From contig BTVJ01000002.1 in NCBI GenBank assembly GCA_045863395.1, positions 192,001 through 256,000 on the forward strand: a DNA stretch of 64,000 nucleotides, in the 5' to 3' direction. The translations under genes and the position numbers were made by a program. This document shows positions 37,682 through 46,618 of this stretch, in pieces (the first letter of the stretch is position 1; each line of letters opens with the position of its first letter). The stretch is from Myxococcales bacterium. GTDB lineage: Bacteria > Myxococcota_A > UBA9042 > JABWCM01 > BTVJ01. A model generated the notes under the pieces. That model had not been told where the DNA came from, searched no databases, and worked only from the letters and a program-made list of their open reading frames with translations.

Positions 37682-37732
37682 TTGCGTTCTTGCGCGACGT
37701 TCGTAAAGTCCATGACTAAACGTGTGTTCAGC
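37682..37732 (+). promoter_or_regulatory. Candidate late promoter 2 with LexA-type box 3 at the start site
   Basis: TTGCGT-N16-TAAAGT (37682-37709) then CTAAACGTGTGTTCAGC 37716-37732, 17/17 match to CTRHAMRYBYGTTCAGS. Confidence 0.75.
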
Positions 37733-37749
37733 AGGCATAAGAGGACAGG

Positions 37750-38286
37750 ATGAAGGTCCGGAGATGGAATGGCGACGGCGACGGGTGCTCCGCCTACGGT
37801 GACGCGGAGGGGTCGTGCGACGACGGCGACGCTGAGGCCGCGAAGAAGAAGGCCGACGAGGAGGCCGCGAAGAAGAAGGCCGACGAGGAGGCCGCGAAAA
37901 AGAAGGCCGACGAGGAGGCCGCCGCCAAGAAGGACGTTGCGACGCAGCTCGTCGACCTCCGCGCCCAGCTCGAGGCCGCAAAGAAGGAAGCCGAGGCCGC
38001 CGTGGCGGGCCTCGGCACCGTGAAGGCCCAGGCGAAGCGCGACGCGCTGAAGCGCGCCGGGCTGGTCAACGACGAGTACGGCAAGCTGGCGCCGGACGTG
38101 GACGTCACCACGGATGCCGGCGCAGCGGAACTCCAGAAGTGGATCGACGCGAACCCACCGCTGTTCCGGCCGCGGGTGTCTCCGCCGCCTCCGGCCAAGG
38201 ATCCGGCGGAGCCGACGAACGCCATCGGCAAGGCGTTTCACCACTGGGTCGCTCCGGTGGTCCAGGCACTGACAAAGAGGGCATGA
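37750..38286 (+). CDS. Probable capsid scaffolding protein
   Basis: Charged coiled coil with three 27-bp EAAKKKADE repeats (37834-37914); W...NP.LF motif; between portal and capsid genes. Confidence 0.7.
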   Translation: MKVRRWNGDGDGCSAYGDAEGSCDDGDAEAAKKKADEEAAKKKADEEAAKKKADEEAAAKKDVATQLVDLRAQLEAAKKEAEAAVAGLGTVKAQAKRDALKRAGLVNDEYGKLAPDVDVTTDAGAAELQKWIDANPPLFRPRVSPPPPAKDPAEPTNAIGKAFHHWVAPVVQALTKRA

Positions 38287-38789
38287 TGGCACGGAGACCC
38301 CTGGGCGCAGTGGACAGCTACGACGACGAGGCGGCGCAGGAGAGCACCAGGCCGACATTCACGGTTGAAGTCGAGTCCGAAGCGGACTTCTTCGCGCAGA
38401 CCGACTCCGAAGACGAGTACCAACGGGACGTGGAGGCGGCCCGCACTCGCCGCCGCGCCGCGGCAGCTCGCGGCGCGGTCGACCCGGAGACGCCCATCGG
38501 CGGAGACCCTCGGTACGTCTACACGTCCGTGGACCCGCGCTTGCCGGGGTACGAGGCCACGACGATGGGGCTGGAGGCCAAGGGCTGGTGCCGCGACACG
38601 CGTGACGTGCAGCGGGCGGGCTTCTCCGGCGCGGAGACCTGGCGGAAGCCGAAGGAGCTGGTGGACGAGGACCGCCGGGACCGGGACCAGCGCTTCGCCC
38701 GCGCGCTCGCCAAGGCGGGCGTCGGCGCCGGCGGACAGCGGGCCCTGCGCCAGCGGCGCGGCGGACGACGTCTGCACGAGGAGATCTGA
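38283..38789 (+). CDS. Head-module hypothetical protein
   Basis: ATGA overlap, GAGG RBS, acidic N-terminus and basic C-terminus. Confidence 0.55.
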   Translation: MMARRPLGAVDSYDDEAAQESTRPTFTVEVESEADFFAQTDSEDEYQRDVEAARTRRRAAAARGAVDPETPIGGDPRYVYTSVDPRLPGYEATTMGLEAKGWCRDTRDVQRAGFSGAETWRKPKELVDEDRRDRDQRFARALAKAGVGAGGQRALRQRRGGRRLHEEI

Positions 38790-38840
38790 CCGCCGCTCCG
38801 CGGCACGACCCACAGAGCTGACCACAAGGAGGATCGGATC

Positions 38841-39866
38841 ATGCCACTTGCTTTCACCACCTCGGACGCGCTGCAGACCGGCATCAGGGCCTACCAGGGC
38901 GCCGTGGCCGAGGAGGCTCCCCAGCAGGACTACACCAACTTCGTGAACGTGCTCCTGGACCCCGCCGCGGCCCTGCGGTTCGTCGCCGTGCGCCCCGTGG
39001 GCCTGCCGATCTCCTGGGACGGCGAGGCGGACATCTTCGCGGACGGGGACAATGAGACCATTCAGGTGAGCCACGTCAACAACCTGGTGTTGGCGCGGTT
39101 CATCCTCGGGACCAAGATCGCGGAGCCCGACGCGGAAGCGCAGGGCCTGGATGCGGTGGCATCGGTGGCTCGCCAGCACGCTCGCCGCGGTCAGCAGCTC
39201 ATCAACCGCCTGGCCTGGATGGCGGCCTTCGGCGGCTTCTGGCTCACGGTCGACGACGGCAATGGGGGCACGTGCGCGGCCTACAGCGCGGGCCACACCT
39301 ACCCGGGCGGGACGCAGAGCAACCTGCTCACGTCGGTTCTGAGTCCTGCCGGCGTGGTCGCTGCGCTGCTGCGCCGACGCAACTGGCGCGACGGCGCCGG
39401 CGTGCCGCTCCAGCTCGCCGAGAAGGACCTGGTGCTGCTGCACGACACGAAGAACACGGAGGTGGCCAACATGGTCTGCCGCGCGCGGACCATGGACGTC
39501 GGCTACTCCGGCGCGCATCCCAGCGCCATCGGCGGCACGAGCGGCGAGAACCGAAACCAGCCCAACCGCGTGGCCGAGCTGGGCATCACGCCGCTCAGCT
39601 ACCCCATCGCCTCGCTGACGATCAACGAGGCGGCGGGAGACGACGACGACTGGATCCTGACGCGCAGGGGCGGCATCAACCTGGATCCGGACCGGTCCGG
39701 GCAGATCGTGGCGAACATCAGCAAGCCCCCGACCGTGGTCTTCAACGGCATCGAGGACAGCTCCAAGAACGATGACCTGTCGATCCACGTGATCAGCCGG
39801 CTGGACATCGCCATCGGTCTGATCTCGCCCACGAACGAGGTCACCATCGGCTCCAACGTCCCCTGA
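38841..39866 (+). CDS. Major capsid protein (Mu gpT-like HK97 fold)
   Basis: Strong AAGGAGG RBS; DG...YSAGH..SNL...LS...AAL...D.AG.PL....LV..N..N...W.L pattern; 341 aa. Confidence 0.75.
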   Translation: MPLAFTTSDALQTGIRAYQGAVAEEAPQQDYTNFVNVLLDPAAALRFVAVRPVGLPISWDGEADIFADGDNETIQVSHVNNLVLARFILGTKIAEPDAEAQGLDAVASVARQHARRGQQLINRLAWMAAFGGFWLTVDDGNGGTCAAYSAGHTYPGGTQSNLLTSVLSPAGVVAALLRRRNWRDGAGVPLQLAEKDLVLLHDTKNTEVANMVCRARTMDVGYSGAHPSAIGGTSGENRNQPNRVAELGITPLSYPIASLTINEAAGDDDDWILTRRGGINLDPDRSGQIVANISKPPTVVFNGIEDSSKNDDLSIHVISRLDIAIGLISPTNEVTIGSNVP

Positions 39867-39890
39867 GCTACCCCAGAGAGCGAGGCGAGC

Positions 39891-40790
39891 GTGGCGGTCC
39901 AAGTACCCCAGAGTCAGGCATTCACCTTCGAGCTGTACCCGGCTCGCCCGGCAGCCTCCGCCTCGGCGGTGGTCCGGAACGCCGCCGGTAAGCAGCTCGC
40001 CGGGGGGGCCGCCACGCTCGACTCAGTCTCCACCACCCTGGGCGCCGTCGACTCTCGCCAGGCCGTGACCGTCGCAGTCCGGGCGGGTATCGTCCCGGGC
40101 CGACGGTACTGGGTCGTCTCCAAAGACTCCGAGGAGCTGTACGACCTGGTCACCGTGGAGGGCGTGACACCCGCCGTGGTAGGTGCGGGCGGACTGCTGG
40201 ACCTTGGGCCGGGCGGCCATCGCCTGCCCGGCACAGGAGATCGCCTCCTCGGCGCCCGCTTGACTCTCGCGGTGAGCAGCTCGGTCACGGCGACGCGGGG
40301 CATGAACGGCCACGTCATGTGGAGTGTCACCGACCGGGTGGCCAGCGTGTACGCGGTGCAGCGAATGTTTGACGTCGTGCGCTGCCTCTTTGACCTGGGC
40401 GTGACCCCGGCAGACGTTCGGCGCTACCTCTCAGTGCGGGCAGGGTCGTTCGCGCTGACGGCCGACCAGGACCCATCGCGATACGAAGATGTGGCCGAGC
40501 GCGCCACGGCCATGGTGCAGGACCGGATCCGCGCCGTCGAGAACTACCCCTCCCTGGTGGGGGACCCCACAGCCTTTCGCGAGGCCAACCGCTGCGCGAT
40601 GAAGATCGCGCTCACCGACGAGGGAATCATCGAGGACGTGGCAGACCGCCGGAGCTACGTCGACGGTCTGTATGAGCGTCTCGACGCGGACATTGCGCAG
40701 GCGCTGCGCGTCTGCTGGTACGACAAGAACGACGACGCCGTCGTGCAGCCCTCGGAGGTCCGGCGACGCTCCATCGTGGGGGTGCGATGA
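39891..40790 (+). CDS. Probable head-tail adaptor with N-terminal beta domains
   Basis: Follows the capsid gene; beta-rich N-terminal half and helical C-terminal half (T..DVR.YL). Confidence 0.5.
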   Translation: MAVQVPQSQAFTFELYPARPAASASAVVRNAAGKQLAGGAATLDSVSTTLGAVDSRQAVTVAVRAGIVPGRRYWVVSKDSEELYDLVTVEGVTPAVVGAGGLLDLGPGGHRLPGTGDRLLGARLTLAVSSSVTATRGMNGHVMWSVTDRVASVYAVQRMFDVVRCLFDLGVTPADVRRYLSVRAGSFALTADQDPSRYEDVAERATAMVQDRIRAVENYPSLVGDPTAFREANRCAMKIALTDEGIIEDVADRRSYVDGLYERLDADIAQALRVCWYDKNDDAVVQPSEVRRRSIVGVR

Positions 40791-41458
40791 GGCTGGAGAT
40801 CAAGGTCTTTCCGGCGAAGTTCGCACGGTCAGAGGGGTTTGCGGCGGTCGCGGATCTGGCCGACGAGGTCCGCACGCTGGGCAACGAGATTCGCGACCGC
40901 GTCCAGGGACGCGGGCTCAACAAGCACGGCCAGGCATTCGGACAGCATGCGGACCCGATGCGCCGCTACCCGGTCAAGAAGTCGGGCCGGCTGAAGCGAG
41001 GGGAGACGGAGGCGCAGCGGCCCATCGTGGGCTACCGCGAGAAGCCGGCGAAGACCTGGATCCGTCCCGACCAGGGGTATCCGCGCCCAAAGCGCTTCTA
41101 TCGCAAGACGCAGGACAACGCCTACCTGGTGAGCTTCGCCGAGTACATGGAGGACGTGCACGGGGACCGTAACTACCGGTTCTCAGTGTCAGGCGCAGCC
41201 TGGGCGTCTCTGCGAATGAGTTTCAACCGGGGTCGCAAGACGTCCAGCAGCGTCAAGCTGTACTTCGGCGGGTCCGGGCCAGCGCTCCGCGGCCACATGG
41301 GAGAGACCTTTCCGAACCGCGACAAGATGCGCCTTGCCCAAGAGCGCGTGAACCAGGCGATCCTCGACCCTTCTCCCGAGGAGGAGACGCGCTTCCTGGC
41401 ACGCACCCGGCCGCATGTGGAGCGGTGGCTTGCCGGTCTGCTCCCACGGAAGAGCTGA
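40787..41458 (+). CDS. Probable neck/tail-completion protein
   Basis: Basic protein with SG....SL motif; position; ATGA overlap. Confidence 0.5.
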   Translation: MRLEIKVFPAKFARSEGFAAVADLADEVRTLGNEIRDRVQGRGLNKHGQAFGQHADPMRRYPVKKSGRLKRGETEAQRPIVGYREKPAKTWIRPDQGYPRPKRFYRKTQDNAYLVSFAEYMEDVHGDRNYRFSVSGAAWASLRMSFNRGRKTSSSVKLYFGGSGPALRGHMGETFPNRDKMRLAQERVNQAILDPSPEEETRFLARTRPHVERWLAGLLPRKS

Positions 41459-41889
41459 TGTACGCCGACGAAGTCTACGAGGCCGTAGCCGCCGCCATCG
41501 AGGGAATCCAGCTCCCGGTGACCGCCAAGGCCCACACCGGCGACCGCTTCGTGCGGCTCCCGCCCGGCAGCCTGAGCTTTCCTGGGGAGCGGGCGTTCGT
41601 GCTGGAGGGCGGCGTCCCGTCCGAGCACGCCGACATGGTGCTCCTCGACCAGGACAACATGGTCGTCGGCCTGCAGCTCGGGGTCGGCTACCTGTCGGGC
41701 TCCGAGGCCAGCACCAAGCGGGCGCTGCGCGATACGCACCTGATCCTCGGGGCGCTGCTGGCGCTGGAGGCGGTAGACGGCAGCCAGATCGCCCACGTCC
41801 AGGTGCAGGGCCAGGCGTTTCTGTACCAGGCCAAGATCCTGGAGGTGTCCTACCTCATCTCCGTTCGATACGACCCTCGCACCCCGTAG
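41458..41889 (+). CDS. Probable tail terminator protein
   Basis: 143 aa directly before the tail tube gene; TGATG overlap. Confidence 0.5.
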   Translation: MYADEVYEAVAAAIEGIQLPVTAKAHTGDRFVRLPPGSLSFPGERAFVLEGGVPSEHADMVLLDQDNMVVGLQLGVGYLSGSEASTKRALRDTHLILGALLALEAVDGSQIAHVQVQGQAFLYQAKILEVSYLISVRYDPRTP

Positions 41890-41898
41890 GAGCCCGAC

Positions 41899-43119
41899 AT
41901 GGCCAACGAGGCACTGACCCGCCGCCAGAACATCCTGTGGAAGTCTCACACGGGCGGCTACAACGACACGCTGGTGACCAGCTCCGGCATGGCCGCCGCC
42001 CGCGTGTCCCCGCCGGCCTACACTCCAGGTCTGGCGCTCTTCGGAGACGAGGCGGTTCGAAGCGGGCCGTTCGCGTTGCCGCCCAAAGAGGGATCGCTGC
42101 ACGGCGGCACGCTGACCTTCCGGGGCGACCTCCTCGGGCTCCTGGCGACGGCGCCCACCGGCAACCCGACCGGCGATCTGCTCAGCGCCGCGCTCAAGCA
42201 GCTCCTCGGCGGCCAGGTCATCGCCGGGTATGCCGAGGCCGCGCTGACGGCGTGGGCGGCGTCGGCCGTCGGCATCGACAACGGGGTCTCCTCCGCGCTC
42301 TACAAGGCGGGCGGCGCGGTCATCGGTCGGAACTTCGGCACCGGCAAGTACGAGATGGCCATCGTGAAGCAGGTCACAGACGGCGGCGGCAGCGACCATA
42401 CGCTCGCGACCCTGTTTCCGCTCGTAGGGACCGCTCCGCACGCCACGGCCACCACGTGGGGGACCGTCGGCAGCTACCTGACCGACGCAGCCCCCACCGC
42501 CATCACGTTCTGGGCGCAGAGCAAGAACACCACGGGCCTGGTCATCTACGGCGGGTGCGTCTGCACCGCCATCAAGCTCGACGGGAGCTCCCGCGCCAAC
42601 CCCATGGTGGACTTCACGTTCAGCGTCAACGACGTCCGCACGGACACGGAAGGCGCGGCACTGGTGGCGTCTGCTTACACCCAGCCCCAGATGAAGCCGC
42701 CCACCGCCAACAACGGCGGTCGCCTGGTCGTCGGCACGGCCAATGCCAGGTGGCACTCGCTGAGCATCGAGCTGGGCGCGACCGTGGTGCCGCTCGAGGA
42801 CCACAACGCGCTGCACGGGGTCGGGGACGTACTGCTCACGGATCAGAAGTGCGTCTTGAAGTTCAAGACGGTGGTGACGGGAGCGTTCTCGGGCCTGACC
42901 ACGCTCCCGGCGCAGTCGCCCATGGGGTTGCACCTGGGCACGGCGCCCGGGCAGATGCACGCCATCGTGATGCCCGCCCCCACCCTGACGGCCGCCGCCT
43001 CCATCGGCGACGAGCAGGGGACCATGGTGCAGGAGTGGACGGCCGAGGCCGGCCAGTGCGCCACGGACACGGGCGCCGACGGCATCACCAATTCGCCCTT
43101 CCGCTGGTACCAGGGGTGA
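41899..43119 (+). CDS. Probable major tail tube protein with inserted domain
   Basis: AGGAG RBS; T/G/A-rich; Y.GC.....KL and P......GD..G...E motifs; precedes the chaperone pair and TMP. Confidence 0.65.
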   Translation: MANEALTRRQNILWKSHTGGYNDTLVTSSGMAAARVSPPAYTPGLALFGDEAVRSGPFALPPKEGSLHGGTLTFRGDLLGLLATAPTGNPTGDLLSAALKQLLGGQVIAGYAEAALTAWAASAVGIDNGVSSALYKAGGAVIGRNFGTGKYEMAIVKQVTDGGGSDHTLATLFPLVGTAPHATATTWGTVGSYLTDAAPTAITFWAQSKNTTGLVIYGGCVCTAIKLDGSSRANPMVDFTFSVNDVRTDTEGAALVASAYTQPQMKPPTANNGGRLVVGTANARWHSLSIELGATVVPLEDHNALHGVGDVLLTDQKCVLKFKTVVTGAFSGLTTLPAQSPMGLHLGTAPGQMHAIVMPAPTLTAAASIGDEQGTMVQEWTAEAGQCATDTGADGITNSPFRWYQG

Positions 43120-43123
43120 TGGC

Positions 43124-43552
43124 ATGAAGCTCTTCGCGACTCTCGACGGAGTGTGGTCTCTCGACGAGGACCTCGACTGGCCGGACGATGATCGGCACCA
43201 GGCGGCTCCAGGGGCGGACGGTCAGACCGTGGACGCTGGCAGGATCTTGCCACTGTCCGAGGCCGCCCCCCACCTGAGGCCCGGCGCGATCATCTGGACG
43301 GTGCGACGAATGACGGCCACGGAGTGGGAGCACATGCTCTCCGAGCGGCCGAGCAACGCAACCCTGAGCAAGGCCCACGTGATCAGAGCGCGGGCCCATG
43401 GATCGGACGAGGTGCTCGCCGGTGAGGCGCTGCTGACGGTGCTGGAGGGCCAGGGTCTGGCGCTCCTCGGCGACCTCGCGGCGTTCATCTGTCGAGCGAC
43501 CCTCGACCGTGGTTTTCGTTGCCGAGGTGGCCAGGGCCCTGGCCTGGGCTGA
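43124..43552 (+). CDS. Tail assembly chaperone (gpG-like)
   Basis: Lies between tail tube and TMP; WTVRRMT..EW motif. Confidence 0.6.
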   Translation: MKLFATLDGVWSLDEDLDWPDDDRHQAAPGADGQTVDAGRILPLSEAAPHLRPGAIIWTVRRMTATEWEHMLSERPSNATLSKAHVIRARAHGSDEVLAGEALLTVLEGQGLALLGDLAAFICRATLDRGFRCRGGQGPGLG

Positions 43553-43817
43553 CGTCGTCGGGTGCCGCTGCGTCGACGGAGAGCCGTGCCAGTGGCTGGA
43601 GCCGGACGGCACCCTCTGCGCCCCCGGCGGCGAGTGGTCCGCGTGCCCCGGGCGCCTGCTGGCGAGCGCCCTGGCCTGTCACCTGCGATGGGTGTGGGAC
43701 GCGGCGCAAGTAGCCCCGCTGGCCGACTGGCCGCGCGGCTACAGCGTTGAGGTGATCCAGGGCATGCGCGACTTGACCGGCATCGTGCACGAGCGCGCCC
43801 GGTCGGAGGGCAAGTAG
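43509..43817 (+). CDS. Tail assembly chaperone second ORF (gpT-like), overlapping in the +1 frame
   Basis: 44-nt overlap with the upstream ORF, no clear RBS, ends directly before the TMP start. Confidence 0.55.
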   Translation: MVFVAEVARALAWADVVGCRCVDGEPCQWLEPDGTLCAPGGEWSACPGRLLASALACHLRWVWDAAQVAPLADWPRGYSVEVIQGMRDLTGIVHERARSEGK

Positions 43818-45992
43818 ATGGCAGCTCGCGGCGACGTATCACTGACCGTGCGCCTCACGGGGGAGGATCAGGCTTCATCTGCGATCAGAGATGTGGAGGT
43901 CACTCTGTCCGGCCTGGGGCGCACTGCAATGCAGTCTGCCCGTGACTGGGCAGACGCGTACAACGAGATCAACGGAGCGGTCAGCAACGTGCTTGGCAAG
44001 CTCCGGGCTGTAGGTGATGTGGTCCGCCAGGGGCAAGAAGCCGCCAACGCCAACACGGTTTTCGCGCGCACGTGGCAGAACTCGGCAAACGCCCTGGAGA
44101 TGTTTCGCGAGGCGACGCAGGGCACGATCGACGACACCACGATGCAGCAGCGCTCCCGGAGCATGGCCATGCTCGGCCTCAGTGCCGAGGAGACCGCCAG
44201 TGCACTGGCGAGCTCGTTCAAGATCGCGGCGGCCACGGGAAAGCAAACCGACCAGGTACTGGAACAGGTCCTCGGGGGCATTCGCGGCCGTGCGATGGGG
44301 CTGAAGGCCCTGGGAGTCGAGCTCGACTTCGGCGGCGTGTACCGCGCGACCGCCGAGGCAGCGGGCAAAGCCACGACGGAGCTGACCGCGCTGGAGAAGC
44401 GCGTCGCGAGAACCAGCGCCGTGCTGCAGGAGATGGACGCCGTGGCGGGGAAGGTCGCGCTGGACGGGCTGAGCTTCAGCGTCGAACGCGCCGATACCGC
44501 CTGGACCAACCTGAAGAGCAATCTCCAAGTGATGACCTTCACGGCTTTGGCTCCCGCGATTGAAGCCACTGCTGTAGCAACGGGAGCATTGGCAGACGAG
44601 GTCGGGTCGCTCACAGGAAAGGCTGACGACTTTGTCAGCATGACCAAAGCACTCAGGCGTCAGAAGGACGCAGCAGAAGCACTCCAAGATCCCATGATCC
44701 AGATCGGCGTGCACGTAGCCGAGATTGTCAAGAGCGGCGCGGAGCTTCACGTCATCGACACAGCTATCCGCGCAATGGGCAACGCGGCGATGCTGTCGTG
44801 GGAGGACATTCAGGCGCTGAAGCTGGGGTTGCGTGGCAGCATCGAAGCGGGCCGAGAGCTGGGCGTCGTGTTCGACGACTTGGCCGAGCGTGCCCGGGAC
44901 CGGTCGCTGGCGAAGCTGCTGGGTTTTGGGTCAGAGGCCGCCCAGATCGGCTCCACTGTGGCGCGGGCCATCGGGGACACCGCGGAGTCAGTGGGGGACA
45001 TGATCGCCAAGCGCATGCATTCCCAGAAGAGGAAGAAAGGGGCGAAGGGTGGCGAAGGCTCACTGTTGGACGAGTCAGACCTACTGGTCGCAGGACTCTA
45101 CGGCACGGTCGAAGGAAACATGGCCGCCTTTCGCGAGCTGACCGAAGCGGTGGAGGAAGCGGCGGACGAAGCCTATGCCACGGCCACGGCTGAAACAGCC
45201 CGGCAGCGGGGGCTGTGGGAGATTCGCCACCAGATCGAATTGGAAGGTCGGCGAGCGCTGCTCGACGAGGACGATGCCCTCGGCCAGATTGCACTTGAGC
45301 ACGAGCTTCGGCTGCAGGAGATCCGCCGGACGTCCATCGACCACGAGCAGGCGGATCTGCTCACCCAGCTCGAGAACCAGCGCTTCGCAGCGGAGGAGCG
45401 GGAGGCTCTTCGTGACCGCGAGCTGGACTCGTTGAAGGAGGCCGGCAGTGCCATTGCGGACGCAGCGGAGCAACTGCGGGCCATTGACCAAAGTGGCGTG
45501 GGCGCCGGCCTCGGAAAGGCCGCAGGGTTCGTGGCGCAGAACTGGGAGAAGCTGTCCAAGGGCCAACCCGCGGCAATCGCCGCGTTGGGCAACGTGTCCG
45601 CCGCGGGGATCAAGAGTGAGGCGGCCCTGGCAGCGATCCGGGTGATCATGGAGCTCGCCGCGGGCACGTCTGCGGCGGTCACCCCGGGCATGCAGTGGGC
45701 TGCCGCCGGCCACTTTAGCTCGGCCGCTCTCTACGCTGTTGCCGAAGGCATGGGCGGCGGAGGCGGCGGAGGCTCCAGGTCCACCCCCGCCACTCTCGGA
45801 GGGGGCGCCCGCACAGCGCGAGTAGCAGGAGGCCAGGGCACCGGCGGCACCGGCGGCGGGGACGCCCAGCCGACGATCATCAACTACGGCGTCATCGGCA
45901 TGGGCGGCAACGAGGCCAGCAAGAGCCTCAACGAGATCATCGCCCGCGGCGTCCCCGCCGGCCTCACCGACCCTGGGGCGGGCAGGTACTGA
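43818..45992 (+). CDS. Tail tape measure protein
   Basis: 724 aa, Ala-rich and helical; N-terminal V.L.GED.AS..I; Gly-rich C-terminus with TIINY. Confidence 0.85.
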   Translation: MAARGDVSLTVRLTGEDQASSAIRDVEVTLSGLGRTAMQSARDWADAYNEINGAVSNVLGKLRAVGDVVRQGQEAANANTVFARTWQNSANALEMFREATQGTIDDTTMQQRSRSMAMLGLSAEETASALASSFKIAAATGKQTDQVLEQVLGGIRGRAMGLKALGVELDFGGVYRATAEAAGKATTELTALEKRVARTSAVLQEMDAVAGKVALDGLSFSVERADTAWTNLKSNLQVMTFTALAPAIEATAVATGALADEVGSLTGKADDFVSMTKALRRQKDAAEALQDPMIQIGVHVAEIVKSGAELHVIDTAIRAMGNAAMLSWEDIQALKLGLRGSIEAGRELGVVFDDLAERARDRSLAKLLGFGSEAAQIGSTVARAIGDTAESVGDMIAKRMHSQKRKKGAKGGEGSLLDESDLLVAGLYGTVEGNMAAFRELTEAVEEAADEAYATATAETARQRGLWEIRHQIELEGRRALLDEDDALGQIALEHELRLQEIRRTSIDHEQADLLTQLENQRFAAEEREALRDRELDSLKEAGSAIADAAEQLRAIDQSGVGAGLGKAAGFVAQNWEKLSKGQPAAIAALGNVSAAGIKSEAALAAIRVIMELAAGTSAAVTPGMQWAAAGHFSSAALYAVAEGMGGGGGGGSRSTPATLGGGARTARVAGGQGTGGTGGGDAQPTIINYGVIGMGGNEASKSLNEIIARGVPAGLTDPGAGRY

Positions 45993-46618
45993 TGCCCGCG
46001 AACGCCCGCGCGCTGGCACTCACCCGCCACGACTGGACAGGCACGGCCACGCTGTCCGACGGCACGAACACCGCCGGCGTGGCCCCCATCACTCCGGCCT
46101 CAGCCTTCCAGGCATGGAAGACGCTCCTCGATGCTGCCGCGGCGCACTGGACCATCACCTGGTCGGTGTCTGCCGACTCCACCCTCAGCTACACGTCCAC
46201 CACCGCGCTGACCCTGGTCTTCACGGGCGGCCTGCACACGCTGCTCGGCTTTGCCACCGACACATTCTCCGCCTCCACGACACGCACAGGCACGGGCGTG
46301 CCCCTGGGCGTCGTGCCCGGCCCGCTTCGGTGGACCGGGCTCGACCGGCTCCCCGAGGACCAGGGAACTCCGGGCCACGCCCGCGCCTCCTGGCTGCGAG
46401 TCCCCGCGCTGACCCTGCGGCAGCCGGAGGCGTCCTGCCACCTGACGACGGCTCAGGCGGAGTCAGCAGTCCGGAGCTGGGGAGCGCTCAGCGCCCCAGG
46501 CACCATCCACGTTTACACGGACGGCCCCGCGCTGGCGACGCTCTACCCCACGCGCTTCGAGCTGCGACGAGCGGGCATCGGGATGCACAAGCTGCAAGTC
46601 ACGGGGGTGCTGCCGTGA
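45992..46618 (+). CDS. Tail tip structural protein
   Basis: TGATG overlap after TMP; shares LLGF..T..P.G pattern with the N-terminus of the next gene. Confidence 0.55.
   Translation: MPANARALALTRHDWTGTATLSDGTNTAGVAPITPASAFQAWKTLLDAAAAHWTITWSVSADSTLSYTSTTALTLVFTGGLHTLLGFATDTFSASTTRTGTGVPLGVVPGPLRWTGLDRLPEDQGTPGHARASWLRVPALTLRQPEASCHLTTAQAESAVRSWGALSAPGTIHVYTDGPALATLYPTRFELRRAGIGMHKLQVTGVLP

Noticed and set aside
37834..37920. 27-bp tandem repeats as a CRISPR array or iterons
   Set aside because: No spacers; the repeats are in frame and encode EAAKKKADE in the scaffold protein
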